DNA of 63,067 bases, counting the filler, from Rhabdomonas costata (taxonomy: Eukaryota): the NCBI GenBank assembly GCA_019059605.1. It is 45 parts of 45 records of this genome, joined end to end, with 100 filler letters (N's around TTAATTAATTAA, not from the genome) between each part and the next. Parts side by side here need not be neighbours in the genome. Positions count along the whole stretch, not along the records: positions 1 to 1,305 come from JAHMHO010019958.1; positions 1,406 to 2,709 come from JAHMHO010019959.1; positions 2,810 to 4,114 come from JAHMHO010019960.1; positions 4,215 to 5,518 come from JAHMHO010019961.1; positions 5,619 to 6,922 come from JAHMHO010019962.1; positions 7,023 to 8,326 come from JAHMHO010019963.1; positions 8,427 to 9,730 come from JAHMHO010019964.1; positions 9,831 to 11,134 come from JAHMHO010019965.1; 37 more parts are not named here. One strand, written 5' to 3'. The position numbers and the translations under genes were made by a program. A model generated the notes under the pieces. It worked only from the letters and a program-made list of their open reading frames with translations. It made no database searches and was not told where the DNA came from. Below, piece after piece: positions 1-10,699 of this stretch (its first letter is position 1; every line of letters begins with the position of its first letter).

Positions 1-13
1 GAGGATGCCCCAA

Positions 14-1305
14 TCAATCAGCTAGCCCCAACAGGTCTGGAATGAACGGTACATTAGCCAGAGATTGCACGCCCGCATCTCCGATCGGATTGTAGCCCAA
101 CACCAGGTTCCTCAGTTTGGGAAAAAAGGAGGACCGAGCAAACGCTTGCACTCCTTCGTCTCCGATCTCATTGATGCTAGCATCCAAGTAGGTGAGGTTG
201 GGGAAGGAAGCGCAGCTTGCCAGTGCTTGCATTCCCGCATCACCAATACGATTATAGGCCAAATACAAGGTCGTCAGGCTGGAAAAGATACCCGCACCCA
301 GCGCATGCATTCCCTCAGCCCCGATCTGATTGCTGCCCAAGTTTAAGGAAGTGAGGTTGGGGATCAGAGATGAGAGGGCCAGCGCTTGCACCCCCAGGAA
401 ACCGATTTTGTTGTCTCTGAGATTCAAGGAGGTGAGGCTGGGGAACGCAGAAGAACCGTCAAACGCTTCCACACCAGCAGCTCCAATTCTGTTCTCGCAT
501 AAAACCAAGGAGGTGAGGTTGGGGTAGAATAACGACCGAGCAAACGCTTTCATTCCTTCATCTTCAATCCAATTCTCGCTCAACTGCAGTTCCCGCAGCT
601 GGGGAAAGGAAGACGAGCGCCCCAGAGCTTGCATCCCCGTGTTTCCAATGTGGTTACCAGTCAATGACAAGGATGTGAGGTTAGGGAAGAACGGGGAAGT
701 AGCAAGCGCCTGAATTCCTGCATCGCCGACCTGGCAGAACCACATAGTCAGAGACTCGAGCCTGGGAAAAAAAGGTGAAGAAGCCAGCGCCTGCATTCCC
801 GCAGGCCCGGTCGCGTTGCCACTAACATCCATGGAAACCAGGTTGGGAAAAAAGGAGGATGCCGCAAGCGCTTGCATTCCAGCAGCCCCAAGCCGGTTAT
901 CGCTCACATTCATAAACCTCAGATCAGAAAAGAAGCGGGAACGAGCAAGTGCTTGCAGGCCTTCAGCATCGATCTGATTACTCTGCAGCGTTAGTGCGGT
1001 GAGATTGAGGAAGGCCGAGGAGGCCGCAAGCGCCTGCATTCCGGCTGTCCCCAGGCCGATACCGTCCAAGTCCAAGGAGGTGAGGTTGCGAAAGAAAAAT
1101 GGCGCAGATCCTGCAGCAGAGTTTTCCCTCCCAGTCTGCAGCAAACAGTCCAAGAGCTTCTTGTGATCCAAGGATATTTCCCCAGCGCAGAAGGCCAGTG
1201 AGAGGCTTCGAATAGCACCCTCCGTTGCGATCGGATTGTCGTGGGCGCGTGGGAGGCGAAGGGTGACATACCACTTCCGCGCCTGGGACGTATCCACCAG
1301 CAACC
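14..1305 (-). CDS. Leucine-rich repeat protein, RI-like/NLR-type 28-aa repeats, 5'-truncated, no intron in the fragment
   Basis: 429-aa ORF with ~12-13 tandem copies of FPNLTSLxLxxNxIGxxGMQALAxSxF; open to the contig end. Confidence 0.88.
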
Positions 1306-1641
1306 NNNNNNNNNNNNNNNNNNNNNNNNNNNNNNNNNNNNNNNNNNNNTTAATTAATTAANNNNNNNNNNNNNNNNNNNNNNNNNNNNNNNNNNNNNNN
1401 NNNNNGTGTTGGGGTGTTGGTGGGAATGCATGTCAGTGCCGAACACGCAGGTGCAGAACCTGTGCCTCCAATAATCGCCAGCACTGGCGCGGCCATCGTG
1501 AAAAGAAAAAGAGAAATAAAACCCTAAAGCAACCGTTGCATAAGCGAAAACCAGTGGGAGTTGATACCAACCTCACGGCACTAAAGCACCTTCAACATTT
1601 CAACAAAGTAGATTTAGCATTGCCTTGCTGCCTCCTCTCAG

Positions 1642-2709
1642 CGCTTGGCAGACGTCTTGCGCACAACTTTAGGAAGCACTAAGAGCACCCATGTGGCAGA
1701 GAGTCAAACACAAAGCCTGGCCGCGCCATCACCATCTACTGAAGAAGTGAAAGCTCAGCTGGAGGCAGCGCAGAAGACCCAGAAAGCAGCAGCCGAGATC
1801 ATGCAGCAGCATACTGAGCTGGAGAATAAACGGCATGCATTGCAGGATGCCGAGCAGGCCTTTAGTCGTGAGAAGGAAGCTTTTCAGGAGGAGAAGCAAC
1901 GTGTCGCTCGAGAAAATGCGGACAATCGGCAGCTCCGCGAGCGAGCCAAAGAAGAGCGGCGGGAGGCAGACGAGGCGCTGGCTCGGCTTGAAGCTCAGAG
2001 GGTTGAGTGGGACAAGGCCAGGGCCATGATGGAGATGCAGTGTTCCGTCAACTTGGTTTCCAAGGCTGCTCTGGAGCGAGAGCGACTTGAGGCAGAGGCA
2101 GCGGTGGCCTTGCGAGAACTCAGGGAAGACTTTCTGACTGAGACACAACGTGAGCTGCAAAGCAGAGCAAAGGAAATGCTCGCCGCGGAGGCCGCCTTTC
2201 AGAAACGGAGTTTGGCCCACTACGAGGAATGCCAAAGACTTGAAAAAGAGAAGGTGTGCGTGTCCAAGTGTCCAAGCATATTGCTTTTGTGTTGTCTTGA
2301 ATTCTCGTTGTTCATCAGTGAATCACAGTACCATTGCAATTCAATGTGTCATAATTTTTCTGATTAATGGCAAATTATATGACAGTCATATGTTTCGGCG
2401 CTAACGCTCCGTAAGCAGACGAGCTTGGCAGGTGATTAGTAAAAACTTGAGTCAATGTGCCATAATGTTTGCGCAGCGGTAAACTCGGCTGTGCCCGAAA
2501 ATCCGACTGAAATCCAGGTCATCACTTGGGTCAATGTGGCGCGGACGGTTCGATGGCACTTTCACGCACTTCAATCTCTTGGGTGATAGGACGACATCAG
2601 TGGTGCTCGTAGAGCTCTGGATAAGCACTACCAGGATGTCCTTCAGGCATCTTCGCATTTGGAGGTGGAAAGAAGCGCACTATCTGCCTCTGAAGATTCC
2701 CAACAAACA
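1642..2709 (+). CDS. Coiled-coil protein, internal exons 1642-2253 and 2590->2709
   Basis: Pyrimidine tract + CAG at 1641; E/K/R/A-rich heptads; donor AAG|GTGTG at 2254; acceptor TAG at 2589 resumes the frame (EKEK|DDISGARRALDKHYQDVLQ). Confidence 0.6.
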
Positions 2710-3474
2710 NNNNNNNNNNNNNNNNNNNNNNNNNNNNNNNNNNNNNNNNNNNNTTAATTAATTAANNNNNNNNNNNNNNNNNNNNNNNNNNNNNNNNNNN
2801 NNNNNNNNNGGGGTGTGGTGCAGAGCAAAGGCCAGTGGAGAAATCTGCTTTCCACACTAGCTTCTCCACTGGCCTTTGCTCTGCACCACTGCCTTCTCCC
2901 AAAAGCTGTCCTTACAAACTGCCTGCTTCTAACTCGCTTTTCTACTGCTCTCGCAACTGATCTCTGCTCTTGAAACGATCTCATCTGAGCTCCTTACCAA
3001 CTTCTGCGACTAAACAAGCTTCCAGGCTACTACGAAATTCTTGTCTGGATCACCAAACTGTCACCTTTTATTTTCTACTACACAACGTTCTTCCTACGAA
3101 TGCTGAGCCGTTACACCTTCCCCTGTTAGGACGGAGGATGCACTTCTGCTTCCGACGTCCGATCACTCCAACGGCTCAGCTCTTCTAGCTGAACGATTCT
3201 TACCACAAGAAAGCTTAACTTAATACGAACTTCCCCTTCTCTTTACGAAAAGCACTCAAACCATGCGAAACAACACTCCACTCCACCTCCACAACAACAC
3301 TGTCCACTGCTCAAAGTCCAGCTGCAATCACACCAACGACAAAGAACGTAGCTCATTAGCGAAAGCTCTCTGAAAGGTAACAACACACAGCAACAAAGAC
3401 AACTCAACTCAGCTCTTCGTCCAACACTACGAAATCTTCTGCTATCTAATACGAAGCTCTACGAAATTCTTTCT

Positions 3475-3934
3475 TCACCAACCACCATCACCAACCACAT
3501 ACGAAAACAACGTAGTCCACTGATGCCTCGGCCTCAGCCGACCATCATCCTTGATATATAATCTCCATTTCCATTCCACACTTCGCACAGGCATTGCCTT
3601 CAACAACTCATACCACGGTGCTGACACCCAGTTGGGCGTCACCAGTAGCACCCTTGACCCTTCCATACGAATCTTTTCCAACACCAGTGAAATAAATCGA
3701 ATACAAACACACTTCATGACTCCACACATATGCGAACGCGTTACACCCTAACTCTTCCTCGTCATCCTCTACCATGGTGAAATACCTTGGAAGTTGATGA
3801 TACCTTCTCGATGCAAACAAGTCCACACACGGTACGACTAAGAAATTGCTACACATAGTCATGAAGATGGTTGGTTCCACCTCCATCCCAAAATTTTGGA
3901 GAGGAATCCATCCTTCAACCCTAGGCAACATCAC
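3475..3934 (-). pseudogene. Decayed Dam-like N6-adenine DNA methyltransferase domain of a retroelement (DIRS-type or LTR-associated)
   Basis: Two overlapping frames give VDLFASRRYHQLPRYF...NAFAYVW...CLY and FISLVLEKIR...VLLVTPNWVSAPWYELL, the usual retroelement Dam pattern; the NPP(F/W) motif is missing at the frameshift near 3700. Confidence 0.65.
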
Positions 3935-6900
3935 TTCACCCTAACCATCATCCAAACATTTTTCATGTACGATCGACATATTCGAACCTCCCACATCACC
4001 ACCACCTTCTTCCAGGACCAAATGATGCTCTCTCCCTCCTGCCTTGCAGGACTCTGCTACGGTATGCGCTCACCAAGCGCTCTCCACCTGGCTGCCGTGC
4101 TCTCACCACCCCCCNNNNNNNNNNNNNNNNNNNNNNNNNNNNNNNNNNNNNNNNNNNNTTAATTAATTAANNNNNNNNNNNNNNNNNNNNNNNNNNNNNN
4201 NNNNNNNNNNNNNNTGTTGTGGGTAACGTAAGCGCTCGAAGTGTTGTGTTTTTTGCATTCCTGGGGTCCGTCATTTGCGTGACCCTCCTTTGTGCTTTTT
4301 GTGAGGTCGTCGTGTGGTTGATCACGGGAGCGGGATGTGCTGAGGTATTGTGAATATCCGTTTGGTTTCTATCCGGTTCGATTTTATGTCGCGGCTACAC
4401 AAAGATACAGACAGATGCAAACGCTCACAAAAATACAGACGCAGTGCGGCATTTTTCGGCGCACCGACTTCCCTTTGGTAGAACGGTCATTCGTGATTCC
4501 TCGCACTTGCACCCTGTGTCGTTCCCTTCTTCTTGACCGACCGCTTTGTATGCTTGTCGTCGTCGTTCTGGTGGAGCTGGGGCTTCGCTCACTGCCAGCT
4601 TTTGGAGTGTCCGAGCGATACCATCCCCACACACATACAAAGACCGCGAGAACACCCACGGCATCATCTGAGGGGACTTCCTGTTCGTCCATACCCCCCT
4701 CCTGACTCCGTTCCCGTGTCTCCGCGTGCTGCTCGTCGGCTTTCTCGCCGTTTTCGTATCCTTTGGTTATTGTTATGGCTTCTGCCGAACCTTGGAGACT
4801 GTTCCTGGTAAGTCATCATCTCAAGCTTGGAGTCCGGTCTCTCATGGTACCTTTTACTGCATTGTCTCTTGTTCTGGCCTGTCATTTTGAGATGTTGTTC
4901 TTCCTTCCGTCCTTCCGTCAGAGAGAAGCGATAAATCTCAAGTGCGGACAACGGCAGATTGAGTAAGGGCTGAGTCCTGAAAATGGTACTGTCCTCCACC
5001 CTGAATGACACCATTAAGGTCGCAGCATTTGCCTTTTCTCGCCCGGACTGGCTCTGCCATATGAAAACGTTCACGATAAAGGAGTTTTTGGTCGTCCTGT
5101 TGCATCTGTGAACGAGTAGAGTTTTCGGTTGGCAGTGCGATATTCTGGCGATGCTTTGGACGCATTCTGCCCCTGCCCTTCGATGCATGTGCAATTTGAA
5201 AACAACGTTGTTGTAAGCGCTAGCAGCGTCCATTGTGCATCTCTGAGACGAGGAGGAATCTGCTGCCACCGGGGCCTCCAATTGGATTTGGTTCTTTTAT
5301 CTCCAACTGTCCCAGATTTCACTCATTTGGCGGCTCTTATGTTGCACAAACCCTCACGCACCCCCTGGCAAAGAATCTCATCGGAGCGGAGCACCTTACC
5401 TGGTTGGGCTCTTGCGTTGGTTGTGCTGCTGCTGCACCCTTGGCCTGCGGCGGGGTCCGGCAGGCTAACTTCTCCCCATCGCGTTCAGACGCAGCAGAAC
5501 GTCACTGAGTGCAAAGACNNNNNNNNNNNNNNNNNNNNNNNNNNNNNNNNNNNNNNNNNNNNTTAATTAATTAANNNNNNNNNNNNNNNNNNNNNNNNNN
5601 NNNNNNNNNNNNNNNNNNGTGTGTGTGTAGAAAAGGGCTTTTTGACTTGTATGTGGGAAGTATGTGGGTTTTGTTTCGATTTAATGATGGGTTCGATTGT
5701 CATGTCCTTTTGCCATTCCTTTTTGGGGCCGTGGTGGTGATTCTTGGTTACGGGTCGTCACTCGAATCCGGAGTCGGACGGGAGGGCTCCTCGCGGTGGA
5801 GGTGGGCTACCGCCGGCCCTACTTACCTCTCGGCAGTTATCAACAGTATCGTAATTACCATGCACCCCCCCCCCATTGGTGGACATGTGTGCGAGTGTGC
5901 TTGACGGTGTGGAATAGGTTCTGGTGAACAGTCCACGGCTGGCGATTGCGGCCTCAGGGGACCCCTCCTCCTCCCCCAGCGGGAGCTCACTGCTGCTCTC
6001 CCCGAGACTATGGCTCCCCTCCGCCGGCTTTGGTGGCGACCCCTCCAAAGCAGTGGTGTGGGTCGGCGCTCGCCGCCGCGCGGACCGAGAGCTGCACGTC
6101 CTGCTCCGGCACCCCAATCACCACCCCCATCTCAGAGGGCTCGCAGGAGCATCGTCGTCGTCGTCCTCGTCGTTCTCGGCGGCGTCGGCAGGGGCACCGC
6201 TGCCAGGGTTGGCACAAGCAGAGGCTCAGCTAGGGCTGTTGTGTCAGGCCTACCTTCACAGCATCTTCTTCTCTTGAAGGGCGAGAATTGCTTGCACTAT
6301 GCAGCGGTCGGTTTCTAGAGCAAGAGGGGCGGCTGGATTCTTTTCTTGTGCGGAGTCTGAAGTATTCCTCAAAGAAGGGTGTGCAATTGCTCAGGGTCCC
6401 AGTATAACCTCCTCTTCAGAATGCGGGCTGCAAGCACTTCTGGAGTCGCCTCGTTGGAGGGCAGTAGAGGCTGCATTGCAGTGGCTTGCTTTGTTGGGTT
6501 GGCTCCTCGGTGTTGGCATGGGCATGGGCATTTCGTCCAATACGAGAAGGTTTGTTATAGGGTGTGCAGGATCCAAGCGTACTTCATTACCCATTGTCGA
6601 AGTTTGGCTGAGGTGTTGGAGACCGTTAAAATTCGTTTTCGTGGCACTGTTTGGCTAAATTCTCAGGTTGCAAAACTGCCTGAAAAAGTTTTAATTTGGC
6701 CTGGATTTTGCCCTTTGTGGGTATTCTCCGTTTGTGGATCTGGGTGTTTTGAGGTGTATGAAAGGCCAGGTGAAGAAGTCCGCGGAAATAAAGTAAAACT
6801 ATTTCTCCGAAACGTTTAGCGAAGAACTTTCCGGGAGAGAAAATTATTCGTTGCAGGTGACATTTATTTTGTGTTTTTAAACACAAAATGGATCTTTTTT

Positions 6901-7072
6901 AACTCGAAGAAACCTGCCCGGGNNNNNNNNNNNNNNNNNNNNNNNNNNNNNNNNNNNNNNNNNNNNTTAATTAATTAANNNNNNNNNNNNNNNNNNNNNN
7001 NNNNNNNNNNNNNNNNNNNNNNGTTTTTTGGGCCCGTTCTTGATTGGGGCTTGGTGTTTGCGCAATACTCAG

Positions 7073-7305
7073 CCCGCGTGAGAAAGCTGGAGCTGGAGGT
7101 GCTGCAGGAGAGCCTCCCTTGTGAACCTGCCACGGCCGTGGCCGCCACGCAAGAAGGTGGCCAGGATCGCCGAAGCCCCAAGGTGGCTGCACAAGATCCG
7201 TCCCTGGATGAGCTCCGCGCGGGTCTGGCGCAGCTGCGGCAGAGCATCCAGGGCACGGCCTTCCGGCTGGACTCCGTGCGGGTCAGACTGGATGCTGTGC
7301 TTTGA
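7073..7305 (+). CDS. Terminal exon of an unknown protein with a coiled-coil tail
   Basis: CAG acceptor at 7072, high GC3, ends ...LDELRAGLAQLRQSIQ...LDAVL*. Confidence 0.4.
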
Positions 7306-7935
7306 GAAGGCGATGGTGGAGGAGACCCGGTTCAGTGTGAGAGGGATAAGCGGCGAAATAAGTGGGAACCGGATGAGGTTCTCTGATGGACAAAATCCTG
7401 GGGGAGTGCGTTGGCTTTGGAGGAGAACCTTCTCCAATCCGCTTTGTAAATAGCGGTGCACTTGTGTACTGTACTTCGGGGGTGATTTCTGGTGCACATT
7501 GTGCTGCCATGAGACTGATGGTCTTTGTGGATGATACAAAGCGAAGGGAAGATGGGGCCGAACACTTTTTGGTGCTGATTCTGCCGTATTTTTCGCTGCG
7601 AAATGTCGTTCGAGTTGTGGTATTGTTGTTGATTGCATATCGATGGATGCATCGTTGGGTGGTTGGTAGGTTTAGGGAAGTCTTGGATCCATGGGTCTGT
7701 CGGTTCTTCTCTCTCGGAGTGTTATTGCCAATTCAGTTCCGCTCCGTTGCCCGATGACCCAAAGTTAATAGCTTTTGACAGGAAGCGGAAGTGTTTGTCG
7801 GTGAGAATCAGTGATGAATTATTTGTCTGCATGTGCCCCCCCCCCCCCGATCTCGGGACTGTTTCAGTCTCAGTATTGCCCATTTTTCTCTTTTTCGGTG
7901 GACGAGCGCGCATTTTGTGTAAGCGAGAGGAAGAG

Positions 7936-8097
7936 ATGAAGCTTGTGCACGTGTTGTTTGTGGCGGTGGGGGCCCTGTTCTGGGGCCCCGTTGCCGGGGA
8001 TGAGATGTGGCAGTGCATGATCCAAGTCCACGACTACTTCCAGAACTGCCAGCAGCCCCAGCCCCTGGATATGAACTGCGTTTTCCGTCAGAAGCAG
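7936..8097 (+). CDS. First exon of a secreted Cys-containing protein (signal peptide)
   Basis: MKLVHVLFVAVGALFWGPVAG-DEMWQC...; upstream pyrimidine tract and AG; phase-0 donor CAG|GTCAG at 8098. Confidence 0.55.
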
Positions 8098-9311
8098 GTC
8101 AGATTGGGAAGAGCGGGGTGCTATATTCAGTGCGAGCGCGAGCTTTATTACAGGCTGTTATTATCTTTTTTATTATATTGTTTTTGCGTCGCAGGAAGAG
8201 CATGGAAAGGTGCTGGAACAGCTGGTTCTAATGTGTAAACCGGGGAAAGCCGAGGGACACTTTCCACACAAATAGCTATTTCAACAACCTTTCCATGCTC
8301 TTCCTGCGACGCAAAAACAACACACANNNNNNNNNNNNNNNNNNNNNNNNNNNNNNNNNNNNNNNNNNNNTTAATTAATTAANNNNNNNNNNNNNNNNNN
8401 NNNNNNNNNNNNNNNNNNNNNNNNNNTGTGGTTGGGGGATGCCACTGGAACTAGGTCACGGTTGGGCACCCCTGTCTGTGCCCTGGGCGATGGGGTGGTC
8501 GACCTGCCTCAATCTTCACCAAAGCGCAAGGCGATGCGCAATCGACTCTCCGGAAGCACAAATTGACGTGGGCTTCTTGAATTTGCCGTCAGCGGGAGAC
8601 GGCATGATATTCGCGGATGCAGCTTGCAACTGCAGGTCGCGAAGACGATTCCACTCAGTGGACGCTTCCCTCCCTCCCCAATAAAGTTCTGTGGAGAAGT
8701 ATGTACCAACCTGCTTTATGTTTTAATGTAAGAGCTTGGCCGGAAACAGCTGGGGGTGGGGCTGAAACAGCGGGGAGAATCCCAAGAGGGCGTTATTGTT
8801 TGTGAGATGCTTGGCGCAGGTAGTCACACAATAAAATGAATACATTACTCTTCCAACCGGCTTTCATATGGCGAAAGGAGAGCCCTCTAGGTTCTTGGTT
8901 CTGGTGTCCTAAACCTTGGAATCTTAACGCCTAACCTAATAATGTTCAGGGTCACCTAGGGCACCCATGAGAAGGCATTGGGCCCCCGATAACAGAATCC
9001 GGACGTTTATTTTAGCATGGAGGCTTGGAAGGCATTTCTGAGAGACGGATTATTTTGCGTTGAGTACGGGCCTACAACTAGGACCATACTCAATCCATCA
9101 TGCCCTCGCCTCGCGTCGCGTTTCCGCTCTGGTTCCCAGTCATTCGTTTGGTTGGGTTGGTTGGGGAAGGATAAGGAACGTTCTATGAACTAAGTAATTG
9201 CGCAGGTAACAAGCACTCATTTTGGAGCTTTACAGTTTCGAGTTCGGCGACTTTGCCTTTTTTTAGTTTTCAACTTACTTGTGCATCCGTCTCTCTTCCT
9301 TCTCTGCTCAG

Positions 9312-9593
9312 GTATACTCCACTGCCGACCCGACGGGCGCCACCTGGACGTTGCACGGCTCAGGGGCCTTCCTTGGCAGGTCTAATCATGCAGTGACCCC
9401 CTTCCAGGGCAGGCTCTGGGTCATCGGTGGCTACTATCAGGGAACGCCTCTCAGGAATGTGTACAGCAGTGATGACCCCACGCAGTCCAGCAACTGGTTG
9501 CTGGCCACCTCCGCGGCCTTCGACACCGGCCTTGCAGAGATTGTCGCCACCGTGTACAGGGGCAAGATGTGGGTCATCGGGATAGTCAATAAG
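9312..9593 (+). CDS. Kelch-like beta-propeller repeat exon
   Basis: Pyrimidine tract + CAG at 9311; two repeats VYS..D...W...RSNHAVTPFQGRLWVIGG and VYRGKMWVIG; the 3' boundary is uncertain. Confidence 0.7.
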
Positions 9594-10421
9594 GTTTTGA
9601 CTCTAACCAGTTCCCGCACTTACTCCTTCTCACCTAAAACCTTTCCTTCCAGATGCGAGCTCAGTTCTCCGATAAATTACTTTTCTCACTGTTAACGTTT
9701 TTTAACCGTTCACCGCCCCCCACCACCCCCNNNNNNNNNNNNNNNNNNNNNNNNNNNNNNNNNNNNNNNNNNNNTTAATTAATTAANNNNNNNNNNNNNN
9801 NNNNNNNNNNNNNNNNNNNNNNNNNNNNNNTGTTGGTGGTAGAAACCAAACGAGACTCTGAGGTGGTGGGAAGTGCGGCGCAGGGCGGAGCCAACCGCAT
9901 TTGCCATAGTCGCAGTCTGGTAGTCCGCCGACGACGTCAGCGCAGTCTGCCACCATGCATCCATCCCGAACAACTGGCTGGCCGGAATGTCCACGAATCC
10001 TGGCCACAGACCCACCAAACATATCTGCGGACACTCGGTGGCTCCTAGAGATTTCCGGAATATCGTTGGCACCAACACACACAGAATACACTTAACGATC
10101 GGCTTTCATTTCGAAATCTGAACACCTTAACCTCCCGCCCCATCACTTCGCTAGGGAGGCCCCACCACATCCCTGAGACTGAACTCTTTCATCATTAACA
10201 CCGAGCACACGTTTTGGGGCTGAGCGGGCAGTCAACATCAGGGCAGTCAGTCGAAGGATGTTTGGGGTTGCACGACATGCACCAGAAACACACCCCTGTC
10301 ATCTAAAAAAGTGCCCTTTGCACTGTGTACACTTCGCCTTTGTACTGTGTACTGTGCATAAAAAGGCCCGAAAGGACCGTCTCCGGGGCTCAATTTACTG
10401 TATTTTGCCTCCCAGGCCAAC

Positions 10422-10699
10422 CGTCTTCGCTCATCTCCACGTTCACAGTAATTTTGAGACCAGCGGCACAAACAAAAAAGGGTCAACAGTGGGGTGGTGA
10501 GAAGGTGAGCTGGACCGGAAGTGGTCTCGCAGCTGGTGTAGAAGGTCAGTCTGAGGATGATCCCGTTGAACGCCGCGGATAACCATGTGGGGGTCCCGGT
10601 GAGCGACCACACGCAGGGCAAGGAGCAGGTGCTCTGCACCGAGGGGCTGCACACCAGAGCTGAGGTCTCGTCGAGGCTGCTCGTGGGGCAACCTCCAAA
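10422..10699 (-). CDS. Cys-rich extracellular protein with a CUB-like C-terminal strand; exons 10699-10516 and (model) 10463-10422
   Basis: CAG acceptor at 10700, high-GC3 exon FGGCP...LRLTFYTSCETTS; second exon AGLKITVNVEMSED requires a non-AG acceptor (see findings). Confidence 0.5.

Noticed and set aside
1350-1361. TTAATTAATTAA recurring every ~1.4 kb as a biological repeat or array
   Set aside because: It is always centred in N runs and is a six-frame-stop linker added during concatenation.
8177-8326. Long perfect inverted repeats (also 11235-11340, 42116-42331, 46137-46226) as MITEs or structured RNAs
   Set aside because: All four touch a contig end, share no sequence and show no TSD; in at least two the perfect arm extends from an imperfect inner pairing, typical of fold-back amplification chimeras.
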